Below are positions 1 to 12,465 of a DNA stretch of 64,000 nt, one piece after another (position 1 is the stretch's first letter; every line of letters starts with the position of its first letter). Where the stretch lies: contig CAWJIM010000005.1 of assembly GCA_963842945.1 (NCBI GenBank), positions 96,001 through 160,000 on the forward strand, read 5' to 3'. Source of the DNA: an uncultured Gemmatimonadales bacterium (GTDB lineage: Bacteria; Gemmatimonadota; Gemmatimonadetes; Gemmatimonadales; GWC2-71-9). The notes beneath the pieces are model-generated. The model saw only the letters and a list, made by a program, of their open reading frames with translations. It was not told the DNA's origin and did not search any database. Both the position numbers and the translations under genes were made by a program.

Positions 1-131
1 GTGATTTACGATGCAATCGGATGCTCCTGCGTAGGTCGGATGTACGATGATTGAGACCAAACAAATGTGCGGAGATGCCAGCCGCAAGCAGATCCTGATC
101 GCCTCGGCCTAACTGGCGATCGGCACAATAG

Positions 132-192
132 GCAACCAGAGGGTTGCTTTTTCTCGAGCAGCGTCCTATTCTATACGCAACCAGGAGGTTGC
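132..192. promoter_or_regulatory. Twin palindromic operators GCAACC-N4-GGTTGC (132-147 and 177-192), probable ArsR autoregulation
   Basis: Two identical 6-bp inverted-repeat sites 45 bp apart directly upstream of the SRPBCC-ArsR operon; the second overlaps the AGGAGG RBS (183-188). Confidence 0.7.
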
Positions 193-196
193 CTAT

Positions 197-676
197 ATGA
201 GCACCAGCAAGCTCTCGCCCGATCGGGCGAGTACCGACCAGATCCAGAAGAGCATCATTCTGCGGGCCCCGCGGTCTCGGGTCTGGCAGGCCCTGACCGA
301 TCCGGCCCAGTTCGGCCAATGGTTCGGCACCCGGCTGACCGGCCGGTTCGCTCCGGGCCAGACAACGCGGGGCCCGATCACCATTCCGAAGTACGAGCAC
401 CTTGCCTTCGAGGTTGTCGTCGAGCAGATGGAGCCGGAGCGGCTCTTTTCCTGGCGCTGGCAGCCGGGGGGCAATCCGGACGTCGATCCAGCCGAGCCGA
501 TGACTCTCGTGGTATTCGAGTTGGAAGAGATTCCGGAGGGAACTCGACTCACCGTCACCGAGTCGGGCTTCGATCAGATTCCCGTCGCCCGCCGGACCAA
601 GGCGTACCGGGGGAACGAAGCCGGCTGGACCGGGCAACTCGAGAACATCACTCGATACCTTGCCCGCGCGAGTTAG
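197..676 (+). CDS. SRPBCC/AHSA1-family protein
   Basis: APRSRVWQALTD...WF, FSWRW, GTRLTVTESGF...GW pattern; AGGAGG RBS. Confidence 0.9.
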   Translation: MSTSKLSPDRASTDQIQKSIILRAPRSRVWQALTDPAQFGQWFGTRLTGRFAPGQTTRGPITIPKYEHLAFEVVVEQMEPERLFSWRWQPGGNPDVDPAEPMTLVVFELEEIPEGTRLTVTESGFDQIPVARRTKAYRGNEAGWTGQLENITRYLARAS

Positions 677-1067
677 GCTCCGGGACCCGGCCTCGGTATT
701 TGCCGCGCTGGGGGACCAGACCCGGCTCCGTCTGGTCTCCCGGCTGTCGAGCGGCGGTCCGGCGTCCATCAGCCGACTGACGGACGGCTCCGGGGTCACC
801 CGTCAGGCGGTTACCAAGCATCTCCGGGTGCTGGCGGGCGCAGGCCTGGTGCGGGCCAGCCGGCGGGGGAGGGAGAGCCTCTGGCGGCTTCAGCCGGAGC
901 GGCTGGACGAAGCGCAGCGATCGCTCGACCTGATCGCGCGGCAGTGGGACCACGCGCTGGGCAAGCTCAAGGCGTTTGTGGAGTCTCCGCTCGCCGACGG
1001 CGTCGAAGCCAGAGCAACGCAGCCCCGAGCAGCAGAACAGCGCCGACCACCAGACCGCTCCGACTGA
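660..1067 (+). CDS. ArsR/SmtB-family transcriptional regulator
   Basis: VFAALGDQTRLRLV...TRQAVTKHLRVL..AGLV...GRE winged HTH; typical partner of SRPBCC. Confidence 0.9.
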   Translation: MPARVRLRDPASVFAALGDQTRLRLVSRLSSGGPASISRLTDGSGVTRQAVTKHLRVLAGAGLVRASRRGRESLWRLQPERLDEAQRSLDLIARQWDHALGKLKAFVESPLADGVEARATQPRAAEQRRPPDRSD

Positions 1068-1626
1068 TCCACTTTTCAGCCACCTGCCAGCTCGCGCCGA
1101 GCACGTAGCCGAGAGTGACGAACGCGACGGTCCAGAGCCCGGCCCCCAGGGCGTCGGCCACCACGAACCGGCGATAAGACATTCGTGAAGCTCCGGCCAC
1201 AAACGGCACCAGCGCCCGGGCAAAGCCGATGAAGCGTCCGATGAATACGGCCCGGGATCCTTGCCGCTGAAAAAACGCGTCCACCTGGGCCAGGCGCTTC
1301 TTCCGAAGGCCGAAGCGGGAGCCTTTCTTCAGCAGCCACTCCCGGCCGAGGCGGGCCCCAAGCAGGTATCCGATGTTGTCACCCGCCACCGCACCCAGGG
1401 CAACGGCAGCGATAACGGCGTCGAGCTCCAGAATTCCCTGATGGGCAAAGAACCCCGAGGCGAGTACCAGGCTCTCTCCGGGTACCAGCAGCCCGGCAAA
1501 GGCGGCACACTCGAGCATGGCCGCCCCAAAGATGATGAGATAGCTCCAATCACCCAGGCGGGTGACCAGATCGAGCAGATACTGCAGGATACTGTGCGCG
1601 TCCGGCTGAAGAGCCACCCTCAACAT
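967..1626 (-). CDS. DedA-family membrane protein
   Basis: LVPGESLV, GDNIGY, FIGRFIGFARALVPFVAG motifs; start taken at ATG 1626 within ORF 967..2100. Confidence 0.85.
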   Translation of the reverse strand: MLRVALQPDAHSILQYLLDLVTRLGDWSYLIIFGAAMLECAAFAGLLVPGESLVLASGFFAHQGILELDAVIAAVALGAVAGDNIGYLLGARLGREWLLKKGSRFGLRKKRLAQVDAFFQRQGSRAVFIGRFIGFARALVPFVAGASRMSYRRFVVADALGAGLWTVAFVTLGYVLGASWQVAEKWISRSGLVVGAVLLLGAALLWLRRRRRAETPQTP

Positions 1627-2037
1627 GCCCGGTGCCGATTCCCCAGGTCCACATCGAACCGGGCGGTGTCCCGGGCTGGATCGCCGATGCGGAACTCGAG
1701 CGTGCCACCCTCTATCGTATCGGTCGTTCCGCCGGTGGTGACCTCCAGCTGCATGCTGGCCGGGCCAGGGACGGCAAAGGAAGGGCTTATGTGAAAGGCA
1801 TAGCCGCCGTCGTGCGTGGTTGTCACCGGACCGATTTGGGTGTTGACCGGACGGGTCTGCTCCTGGAGATCCTGCTGCACCATCAGCAGGACCGATGCGT
1901 TCGGCCACGGCTTCACCGCAGTTCGTAACGACGCCCCGGATTGCGACGGTGACCGGTGCACCGGCCGAGATGGCGAGATATGCGACTTCGCAACCGGTCG
2001 CCATGAACAGGACAATCCAGACTGACGAAGCTTTCAC
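1620..2037 (-). CDS. Putative lipoprotein, frameshift near 1910
   Basis: Signal peptide with lipobox-like ATGC in one frame continues into beta-rich ORF 1620..2015. Confidence 0.5.
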
Positions 2038-2048
2038 CGTCTGCACCC

Positions 2049-3630
2049 TCAGGCGGGCTGGTGGGTCTGCCACCACTGCGTGGCGGCTTCTTCGCTCCAC
2101 GGCTCGACCTCGATTTCCCCCAGCACCCGCTCCAGCTCGGCGGCGCTGCGGGGCCGATCCTCCGGCTTCTTTTCCAGACAGGCGAGCACCACCCGATCGA
2201 GCTCCGGAGCAACATCCAGCTCGGAGCGCTGCGAGGGAGGCACCGGCTTCTCCTGGATGTGCTTGGTAATCATCTGCAGCCCGTTCGCGGCCTGGAACAC
2301 CAACTGTCCAGTAAGTAGGAAATACGCGACACAGCCGAGGCCGTAAAGATCGGCTCGGCCGTCAGGGGGTTCGCCCAGCGCCATCTCGGGTGCCAGATAC
2401 GCCGGGGTCCCCGGGGTGAGTCCGATGGCCGTGGCCATGGCGTCGTCGCTCTGCGGCAGCACCGATTTTACCAGTCCAAAATCCAGCACCTTCACGAAAT
2501 CGTGCTTCAGGCCCACCCGTCCCACGTGAATGTTGGCCGGCTTGATGTCCCGGTGGACCAGCCCGGAGGCATGGGCTTCTTCCAGTGAGTCGCAAACCTG
2601 CCGCACGATGTGGATCACCCGCCCCTGCGGGATGGGACCCTCCTTCCGCACCAGGGTCTCCAGATCCATGCCCTCGAGCAGCTCCATCACGAAATACAAT
2701 GTGCCGTCTTCGGTCTCGCCGAAGTCGTACAGCTCCACCGTGTGCGGGTGAACGGAGTTTGGCGGCGGCATCGGCTTCCCGTTTGAACCGGGCCACAGCC
2801 AGGTCCGCGCTACGGGGATCCTGGGACGAGAGCACCTCGGGGCGGATCAGCTTGATGGCCGCGGGGCGGGCCAGCATGCGGTGAGTGGCCCGGTACACGG
2901 ACCCCATGCCTCCTTCGCCCAACACCTCACCGAGCCGGTAACTGCCCAACTCCCGTTCCTTGGCCACCTCACGTCCGAGGCCGGTCACTACCCGGGAGAT
3001 CACCACCGCCACCCCCAACAGCAAGTAATTGGGATAGTGCATCAGAAACGCGTTGCGGAGCGGACCGAAGTGGTACACGCCTTGGGCTTGGGCAGTGATC
3101 ATGCCGAGCGGATCCATTGATGCGGCGATGAGACCGGCAACGGCCATCTTCCACGGGGGCACCGGCATCAGCGCCGCAAACATGAGAATGACCGGCGCGG
3201 TCCAGGTGATCATCGGCGTGGGGTCCATCGGCGTTGCCGAGGGCGGACCCCAGTGAATCATCAGCCCGATGCACGCGGCGCACGCGACCATATACAGCAG
3301 AGCCAGGTCCATCACGAAGCGGGGGTTTCGCTCGCGGATCCTGGTGTAGAGGAACACAACGAGCGAAATAGCCACTCCCAGCGCTGCTATCCGGTCGATC
3401 GCACCGAACTCCGCCCACCGAGGATCATTCGGCTGGGTCAGGGCCAGAGCCAGGTGGCCGAAGGCAGGGCCCAAAACCCAGAGGCTCGCCCCGACCAGCG
3501 CAAGAATCTGGAGCCGCCGCGAGGCCTGGCGCAGCAGATCGGCGGGGAACTGCCGGCGATAGCCCTGGCTGGTTCTGAGGTCGGGCGGTGTGGTCTGGGC
3601 CGGATGGCCAATGAGTTTTGTTTGGGGCAT
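2049..3630 (-). CDS. Membrane-anchored Ser/Thr protein kinase (N-terminal multi-TM region), frameshift near 2755
   Basis: GEGGMG, AIK, HRDIKPAN, DFG, GTPAYLAPE split over ORFs 2362..3867 and 2049..2771. Confidence 0.9.
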
Positions 3631-3662
3631 AGGCTCCTGCATCACTGATTTAAAGCTAACCG

Positions 3663-4271
3663 TCAGCCCAGGGCCTGCCGGGCAAGGCGCTGAAGCAGGG
3701 CGGTGACCTGGTCTGTCCGACGTTTGGGACCCGCCAGCGCATCGTAGGTCGCGAACCCGGTCAGCATGAACAGCAGGTCCTCCGCGTCCCGCATCTCCTT
3801 TCGTTTGGGGCGGCCGGCCTGTTTCACCAGCCGCTCCAGCAGCACCCGCGCCCCCTTCCGCCTCCACTCGGAGCGTTCGGCGAGCACGGTGGCAAAGTCC
3901 GGATCGAGCGATGTGAACGCTCCCAGGGCCCGAATTACCGACCGGTCGGACTCCCAGAATTTCACGAATACCGCAATGAATCGATCGATCCCCTCGCGCG
4001 CATCCAGTTGGTGGAAGGCTTCGGACAGGTGTTGCATGCCGCCGGCGCTGGCCAGTGAATCGAGCAGGGCTTCGAGCAGGCCGCGCAGCGAGCCGAACTG
4101 GTAGTACACGGTCATCCGCGCCACCCCGGCCTTCCGGGCCACCTCCTCCATGGAGAAGTGCGATGCCCCCTTTGGCGACGCCAACAGATCCCGGGCGGCG
4201 GCGAGAATGCGGGCGCGATTCTCGTCGGCGCTCTCGCGGCGGCGTTTCATCCGATAGGGGCGCGGGCTCAT
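3663..4271 (-). CDS. TetR/AcrR-family regulator
   Basis: RILAAARDLL...SMEEVARKAGVARMTVYYQF HTH. Confidence 0.9.
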   Translation of the reverse strand: MSPRPYRMKRRRESADENRARILAAARDLLASPKGASHFSMEEVARKAGVARMTVYYQFGSLRGLLEALLDSLASAGGMQHLSEAFHQLDAREGIDRFIAVFVKFWESDRSVIRALGAFTSLDPDFATVLAERSEWRRKGARVLLERLVKQAGRPKRKEMRDAEDLLFMLTGFATYDALAGPKRRTDQVTALLQRLARQALG

Positions 4272-4354
4272 GGCTCTTGACACCCTAATTTAGTCGTATA
4301 CACTGTACAAGCAAATCATACAGCAGGTACAACGAATACTCGCGAGGCGCCGCC

Positions 4355-4871
4355 ATGGACGAGCGTACCCTGACCATCATCCTCCGGCTCATCCACATCC
4401 TGGGCGGGATCTTCTGGGTTGGAGCCATGATCATGCTGGCCGGATTCCTGATTCCCGACAGTGCGTGCGACAGGACGGGAAGGGGGCCGGTTCATGCAAA
4501 CCCTCATGCAGCAGCAACGGCTGCAGTTCTACCTCGGGCTCGCCGCGGGGTTGACCGTGTTGTCGGGAATAACCATGTACGCCCGGATGGCGGCGGCGAC
4601 CCATGGGGCCTGGGCCGGATCCCGCCCCGGGATCGCCTACGGCGTAGGCGCGGTCGCCGCCATCCTTGCTGCCGCCGTCGGAGGCGGGATCAGCGGCTCG
4701 GCGGGTCGAAAGATGCTGGCTGTTGGGCAGGCGATTGGGTCCGCCGCGCCGTCAGTCGAACAGCAAGCCGAGCTGGGTCGGCTCCAAGGCCGGATGGCGC
4801 TGGGCGCCCGGCTTGCTGCAGGCCTACTGGTTATTGCGGCGAGCGCGATGGCGGTTGGCCGGTATCTCTAA
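4355..4871 (+). CDS. Four-TM membrane protein divergent from TetR, frameshift near 4460
   Basis: LRLIHILGGIFWVG start joins hydrophobic ORF 4461..4871. Confidence 0.7.
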
Positions 4872-4874
4872 GGC

Positions 4875-4906
4875 GGGGCAGCGGGGCAGCGGGGCAGCAG
4901 GGCAGC
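4875..4906 (+). repeat. GGGGCAGC octamer tandem (3 perfect + 1 degenerate)
   Basis: Read directly; reverse complement of the 14639 array unit. Confidence 0.8.
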
Positions 4907-4953
4907 AGATGGCAGGACAGGAAGAGGGTGACGGTAGTCCTGGTAGCCGGCGG

Positions 4954-5869
4954 TTAGCGGGCCAATCGCCCGAGCTTGCGGCGGGCGCCGGCGAGAGATA
5001 CAGCACTCTCCCAGAAATCGGCCCAGGGATCGGTAATCCGGTCGAGGCGGGCGAAGAGATTGCGGATGGTAAAGCTGTTTGCCCGGAGATCCTTCTTCTT
5101 GAGCTCACCCCAGTCCAGCGGTACCGAGACCGGCGCTCCTTTGCGCGCCCGCACCGCATAGGCCGGCGCCACCAGCTGGGCGTAGCCGTTCCGGTTGGTG
5201 TCGATGAAGATCCGATTGCCCCGATTGGCCTTGAGCTGCTCCATGGTTCGGGCTCGGGGCGCCCGGCTCACGATGACGCTGGCCAGATCCCGTCCGAAGG
5301 CACGAACCCCGTCATACGGCTCCCGCCGTTGCAAGGGAACCACCACGTGAAGTCCCCGTGACCCAGTGGTCTTCAGGAAAGCGGGCAGCTCCAGCTCATC
5401 GAGCAGCTGCTTGAAGTCCACGCGCCGTAGCCTTGACCACCTCGAAGTCGTCACCCTGAGGGTCGAGGTCGAAAACCAGCTGGTCCGGTACGTCGAGCTT
5501 ATCCGTGCGACTCAGAAAAATGTGGGGCGTGACGCAGGCCTGGTTGGCGAGGTAGACCAGGGTGGCGGTGTCGTTGCAGATGAGGTGGGTGACGGTTCCT
5601 CCCACCTTCTCTACCGTGACCGTCCGGATCCACTTGGGGAAATAGGAGGAGACCTCCTTCTGAAAGAACCGCTTGCTGTCGATGCCGTTGGGATAGCGCT
5701 CCAGGGTGAGCGGCCGGTCCCTGAGCTGCGGCAGCATCCGCGGCGCGATCCGGGCGTAGTAATCGATCAGATCTCCCTTGGTGATGCCGTCGTCGGGGAA
5801 GAGCACCTTCTCCGGACGGCTGATCTCGATCTCTCGCCGATCGACTCGAATCACGCCCGATATCGCCAT
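4954..5869 (-). CDS. ligD: Stand-alone LigD polymerase/primase (AEP) domain protein, frameshift near 5430
   Basis: TKGDLIDYY, RYPNG, FFQK, VFDLDP, KTTGSRGLH, APYAVRARKGAPVS motifs. Confidence 0.9.
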
Positions 5870-5874
5870 CGGAC

Positions 5875-7300
5875 CTAATCGATCCCCACCCGTCCTTCAA
5901 TGGACGCAATCAGCTTGGCCGGGTCGTAGCCGACACCGTCCTTGAACACCACGGTCGGGTTTCGAATGGCCGAAGGCTGGCTGGTCAAGTCGCCCTTGAG
6001 CACCACCAGGTCGGCGAGCTTGCCTGCCTGGACCGAGCCCAGCCGCTGCTGGACCCCCAGAATTTTTGCTCCGTTCAACGTCATGATCTGGATGGTTTGT
6101 TGCGGAGTGAATCCGGCTTCAGTCAGCAGCTCGTAGTTTCGCTGATCGCCGTAGCCGGCCAGCGCTCCGCCCAGGCCGGTCGGATCGACCCCGGCCGCGA
6201 GAAGGCCTCCCGCCTCGACGAACTCCTTCTCGAATGCCATGGCGCTCCGGAGTCCTTCCGCCGCGATCGGGCCGCTGCCGCTGGAGTCGATCTCATTGCG
6301 CATCTTCATGTAGCTGGCCCGCACCTCGGGCGACATCGCATTCAGCACCCGCGCGTCCTTGGTCGGGCGATTGGCGACGAACGGCTCGTAGACCGCCAGG
6401 GTCGATGTCATCGACACCTTGTGCCGAACCATCGTCTGAATCACCGATTTCGCGGTTTCGCTTTGCACATCGGCCGAATTGTTGCGGCCGACGACGCTGA
6501 CCGGACACACATCGGGTTGCTTCGACGGATCGAAATCCGAGGCGGTGAGCATCCCATGCTCCAGATTATCGATTCCCAGCTCCACCGCCTCCCGGAAGGA
6601 AACGGAGCAGAGATGTCCGGTGACCTTGATCCCGTGCTTGTGGGCCTCCTTGATGGCCGCCCCCAGCTCCGACCGGCGGATGTCGGTGTAGGCCTTGATC
6701 CAGGTGGCGCCTTCACTGGCCCAGTACGCCACGAACCGGCGCGCTTCCTCCGGTGAGGTTACCACGTCCATGCTGCCGCCGCCCGGCGCACCGGTGATGT
6801 ACGGAGCCGTGAGGTGAATCCGGGGCCCGGGCACCAGGCCTCGGTTGATATTCTCCCGCAAATTGATCTCCGCGTAGGGCGAGCGGCCTCCCGCGGTGCG
6901 GATGGTGGTGACTCCCGAGGCGAGGTACAGCCGCGGACCGGTATAGGACATCTGGGCCGCGCGCCCGCCTGCCGCGGTGTAGAAGAGATGGTCGTGCAGC
7001 CCGATCAGGCCTGGAATCAGGGTGTGTCCGTTGAGGTCCATCGTGACGGCTCCGGCCGGCACGCGGACAGCGGCGGTCGGCCCGACCTGCGCGATGCGTC
7101 CGTTCTGAACCAGAACCGTCTGATCGGTCTTGGGAGCGCTGCCGGTCCCGTCGATCAGGAGCACGTGGGTGAGCGCAACGGCGGCGGTATCCACCGCCAC
7201 GTACTTGCGCACCTCCTCGGCCAGCGAGTCGGGTCGCTGGGCAAGAAGCATCGCGGCTGGCAAAGTCGACACTGCAAGAAGCAAGGCAGGGAGCCCGCAT
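5875..7300 (-). CDS. Secreted amidohydrolase-family protein
   Basis: PGLIGLHDH, GVTTIR, IKAY, GH/EH metal ligands, GKLADLVVL; ATG 7300 with GGAG RBS appears frameshifted in the signal peptide. Confidence 0.88.
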
Positions 7301-7341
7301 AGGTTCTCCGAAGATGTATCCTGAACGAAGTGAAGGATCGT

Positions 7342-9496
7342 CTATTTCACCGTAAAGGCTGCCATCATTCCGGCGGAGAGGTGCTCGGCGATATGGCAGT
7401 GCGCCATCCAGCGACCGGGATTGGAAGGGTCGAGCAGAATATCCACCGTGCTGCCCGCCGGCACCAGCACGGTGTCCTTCCAGACCAGGTTCTGGTTGGG
7501 CTCTCCATTCACGGCCAGAACCAGAAATCGCTGCCCGTGAAAATGGATGGGGTGCTGCATGGCGTGGGCGCTCTGCCGCTGATTGACCAGATGAATCCGG
7601 ACCGGTTCACCGCGTCGAAAGCGCCAGTCGATGTCCATGTTCTCCCTGCCGGTGTCCTGATCTCGCAGAATCCATCGTACCTGCCGCCCGGTCGAAGCCC
7701 AGTTCATCATCGGCATCGTCCCGCTCCACTCCACCGGGGGGAAGTAGATCGAGTCCAGCTGCATGAGCCGCTGGCTGATTGCCGGCAAGCCGGTGGTTTG
7801 CAGTGTGAGCTCCAGAGTCTTTTCGGGTGACCGATCGGCGCGGCGGCGATACCCCTCCAGCTCGGCGGCCACCTCGGCGTGGCGCTTCAGCTCGCTGAAA
7901 GTACCACCTGAACTCCCCGGGCCCGGCTTGGCCGAAACCTCCACCACGCCCAGGGTGTCCACCTCATCGAAGAAACGGCCATACAGGTGGTTGAGGCCGC
8001 GCACCCGGTTCAGCAACGGAACCTTGCCGGCGTGGTCGAACCGGACATCCACGATGTAGCGCTCGGCGGGAGCGATCACCACGCTTCTGACCCATTCATC
8101 TTTTTGGTACGGACCCAGGTCGGAGCCGACCAGCTTCATCCTTGCGTTCGGGAACGAAAGATTCATCATCCGGGCGTTGGCAGCGTTGGTCAGAAAGAAG
8201 CGGAGGACCTCGCCCCGTTTGACCCGCAGGTGGTAGTCGGCCTCGCCGTTCACCAGGAAGACGTTGCCGAAGCGGCCCATCAAGGCATGAGTCGGGGCGT
8301 CCCGCCCCAACGGTACCATTCCGGCATCGGACAGCAGGATATCGTCCAGCATCAGCACGGCCTCGCGGTCCACGGCCTCCAGGGTTTCCGAGTCCGAGCG
8401 GACCAGCAGGTTTCCATATAGACCCAGCTCCTGCTGGAGGTCCTCCCGCACGTGCGGGTGATACCAGTAGATGCCCGCGTCGGGAAAGCGCAGATGGTAA
8501 ACCAGCTCGGCGCCGGGCTCGACCGCCGGCTGAGTCAGCCCTGGTGTTCCGTCGTTCGGGTTGTCCAGCCGAATCCCGTGCCAGTGCACCGATGAAGGCT
8601 GCGGCAGGTGATTGATGAAGCGCACCGTGATCCGGGAGTTCCGCGCAACTTCGAGCAGCGGACCGGGATGCTGCCGGTTGAAGCCCAGCATCGTATAGGT
8701 CCGGCCGAGAATGGTTCGTTGAACAATGCCCGCTTCCAGACGCAGGGTGTCTCCGTCTCTCAACTCGATCAGCTCCCGAGGTTGCGCCGTGCGCAGCGGG
8801 GCCCGCGGGAAGCCATCCAGCAAGGTCTGGTCGCAACGCCATTTCGGCGGGAAGCATCGTAATGCCGGGTGGCATCGGAACCGTGGTCCATCCCAATGGG
8901 TCCGCCGTCGAAGCCGGATCGTGGTGCGGGGAGCGGTGCTCCGAATTTTCTCCTGCTGCGGAGCCGGTCATCGAACCCAGAGTCAGTTGAAGCAGGTCCG
9001 GCGGGTAAAGCCGAGTGGCCGGGGACTGCGCCCGAAGCACGATTCGGGTCCCTGGCCGCCGGCCGTGGGGGTTTCGCTCCGCCGTGACCAGAAAGGTGAA
9101 TTTCTCGAGGTCGACGACTCCCAGCCTTGTCCGGCCATTGCTCACTGCACCCTGGCTCACGATCGAGTCCATGGTCGGTGTCGCGACCCAGGCCACGTAG
9201 GTGGTGAAATCGCCAAGGGAGGAGGGCGGTGGCAGCCCTGCTGCCGAGAGGATCAGCTGAAAGCGGGTGCGGCCCTCGGGCGTGACGGCCATAGTAAATG
9301 GGCCGGGGACATGGCCCAGTTCGAGACGACCTGAGGCACCACTGAATCCCGGCGCGGCCACCAACTCCATGCAGTAGAGGTCCCGGCTGGGGCTGGCGGC
9401 CGATGACGCAGCATCACAGGGCCGGCTCTGGGCCAGGGCCGGCCGAGCCCCGATAATGAGTGCGAACGGGAGAGCACGTAAACCAGAGAGCGGCAT
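7342..9496 (-). CDS. Multicopper oxidase with N-terminal extension, frameshift near 8820
   Basis: All four copper motifs HWHG, WYHPH, HPIHFHG, HCHIAEHLSAGM. Confidence 0.9.
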
Positions 9497-9562
9497 GAGC
9501 CATCAATCTACGTCAGCCGGTCGGGACCGGGCTTACCAGTGGGGGCTTAGATTCCGGGATCC

Positions 9563-12464
9563 ATGAGCGACGTCCCTCAGCAGCTCGCGGCAGCCTTGAC
9601 CGACCGCTACGTCCTGGAGTCGGAAGTCGGGGGCGGCGGCATGGCGACCGTATACCGGGCCCGCGACCTTCGCCACAAGCGCTCCGTGGCGCTGAAAGTC
9701 ATTCGGCCCGAGTTGAGCGGCCCGGCGGGAGTTGCGCGATTTCTGCAGGAGATCGAGCTCGCCGCCAACCTGCAGCACCCCCACATTCTTCCGGTCTTCG
9801 ATTCGGGCGTGGTCGACCTGGGCGACGGCAGCCCGATGCCCTACTTCGTCATGCCCTTGATCGAGGGCGAGACGCTGCGGCAGCTGCTGCAAAGGGACAA
9901 GCGTCTGCCGATTGATCTCGCGGTGACCATCGCGGCGGAAGTGGCCGACGCGCTGGCCTACGCCCATGCTCACGGTGTCGTCCACCGGGACATCAAGCCG
10001 GAAAACATCCTCCTGACCGGCGGTCATGCTGTGGTGGCCGACTTCGGTGTGGCCAAGGCGATCCAGCTCGGAGTGTCTCCCGAAAAAGCCGAAGCCTCGA
10101 CCCAGCTCACCCGGGCCGGCATTGCCGTCGGCACTCCGCTCTACATGAGTCCGGAGCAGGCCACCGCGGACGAGGCGATAGACGCCCGCAGCGACCAGTA
10201 CAGCCTCGGTTGCGTGCTGTACGAGATGTTGGCCGGCGAGCCTCCCTTTACCGGGCCCACCCAACAATCGGTCATTGCCAAGACGCTCAGCGCCCCCCGC
10301 CCCCACGTCAGCCGGGTGCGCTCCGAGGTCCCCGCCGAACTCGAGCAGGTGGTTCTTCGAGCAATGGCGCTCGAGCCGGCCGATCGGTATCCCGACATGC
10401 GGATGTTCGGCGCCGCGCTCCGCCGGGCCGGGAGAGCGCCAACCGCGGGAGCCCGCCGCCGCAGCTATGTCTTGGCGGCGCTGGCTCTGCTCGCCGCCGC
10501 CGGCGTCGGTGGCTGGCTTGCCACCCACTCCACTGGTCGGACCGTCGCTCCCGCGGCGGAGACCCTCGCCGTGCTGCCTTTCCATGCCTCCGGCCCCGGG
10601 GTCGAGTTCCTGGGTGAAGGCATGATGGATCTCCTGGCCACCAACCTCCGCGGCGTGGGTGGGATCAACACCGTTGATCCCCGTGTGGTGCTGCGGGAGT
10701 GGGGCAGCTCCCGAGGCGGAAGCTCGGACGATCTCTCCCATGCGCTTGCGGTCGGCCGTGATCTCCACGCCGGTTCGGTGCTACTGGGGAGTGCGGTCAG
10801 CACCGGCGGTCGGGTACGGTTGGCGGCTGATATCTACAGCATCGATGGCGAGCAACTGGGTCGGGCCCAGGTGGACGGTCCGGCCGACAGTGTGTTGGGC
10901 GTGGTGGACCGGCTCAGTGTCGCATTGCTCCGCGATGTCTGGCGCTCCAAGGAGCCGATTCCCCATCTCCGGCTTGCCTCGCTTACTACAGACTCGCTCC
11001 AGGCCCTTCGCGCGTATCTGGAGGGTGAGCGGCTATACCGGCGGCTGGCCTGGGATTCCGCGCTGGTGGCATATACCCGGGCTATAGAGGCCGACTCCAC
11101 CTTTGCCCTGGCCCATCTCCGCCGGGCGCAGGCGTTCGGCTGGACCGGCGGCTACGGCAGCAGGGAGGCCCATCAATCGGTCGCGTCTGCGGTCCGCTTT
11201 GCCAGCCGGCTGCCCGAGCGCGACCGTCGGCTCCTGGTGGGATATCGCCTGTTCGACGAGGGCAAGCCATCCGCCATCGACTCGGCGCGGGCATTTCTCA
11301 GGACCTATCCTGACGATGTCGAGGGCTGGTATGTGTTGGGCGAATCGATGTTTCACCTCCAGGCATTTCGGCCCACGCCACCTGACTCCATCACTGCCAT
11401 CTTCGACAGCGTGCTGCGCCGGGATTCGACTCTCTTTCCGGCTCTGATCCATCCACTCGACCTGGCCCTCATGTACCGCAACCGCGCCTCGTATGACCGC
11501 TATTTCCCCCGATTCGAGCGCACCGCACCGGCCGGCGATGTTGGCGCGGCTCGAACTGCCGCTGCTACCCTGTGGGGGCCTGCTCCCAGCGACAGCGCCA
11601 TGGCGGCCGCGATGCGGGAGCAGCCGTTCTGGGTGATCGAGGCCGCGTTTTCTACGTATCAGTCGGACCAGGCAACCTCGGACTCGGTGCTGCGCGTCTT
11701 CACCAGGCCGCAGAACGTCTCGCCTCCCACTCCGGCCCTTCTGGCCCGGGCCCTTGCGGTGCGGTCCCAGGTGCTCGCGGGCACCGGCCGCTGGAAGGAA
11801 GCCCGGGTGCTGCTGGACTCCTTGCGCCCCCTGGATCCCCGCGAAGGCGAGCGGCAGCACTGCATGGGCCGTGGTACTGGGACTGGCTCCCCCGTCGGTG
11901 GCGCCGGTGCTCGACTCGGTGGTACATGCCATGCCGCCGGGCCCCCAGGCCGAGTACGCGCGGGGCATGGTGGATGTGCTGCAGGGCCGGCTGGGAGAAG
12001 GGCGCCGCATCCTGGGCCGTGCGCTGGGAAATCGAGATTCTGCCTCGATCCCCGAGCCGATCCGCGGGCTAATGGTGGCGGGAGATGGGTGGGCCCAGCT
12101 GCTTCAGGGCGATTCGGTCGGGGGTATCCGGCGGATGCGCGAGGGCCTCGATCTTTCGGCATCGCCCAATGAGGAGACAGCGTTTCCTCGACTCCAGCTC
12201 GCGCTGAGTCTGGCCGCCCGGCCCGCCACGAGGGCCGAAGGAATCCGCTGGCTCACCTACGGTTTTGACATGTTGCCCCTGTACAAGCCGCTAACCCTGC
12301 TCGCGCTGGGTCACACCTATGAGGCGGCCGGCGCCCGCGACTCCGCCAAGCAGGCGTATAGCCGGTTCATCAGATTGTGGGACAAGGCAGACCCGGAGCT
12401 GCAGGGCAGGGTACGAGAGGCCAGGAGCGCGCTGCAGGAGCTCACCCGAGAAGGGCCGTCCTAG
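9563..12464 (+). CDS. Ser/Thr protein kinase with TM helix and TPR-like C-terminal region, frameshift near 11840
   Basis: GGGGMATVY, HRDIKPEN, DFG, GTPLYMSPEQ; AVLPF domain and helical repeats; continues in ORF 11754..12464. Confidence 0.9.
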
Positions 12465-12465
12465 C

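Noticed and set aside
4299..4307. TetR operator TACACTGTA
   Set aside because: Plausible position but only a 4-bp arm palindrome; too weak to call
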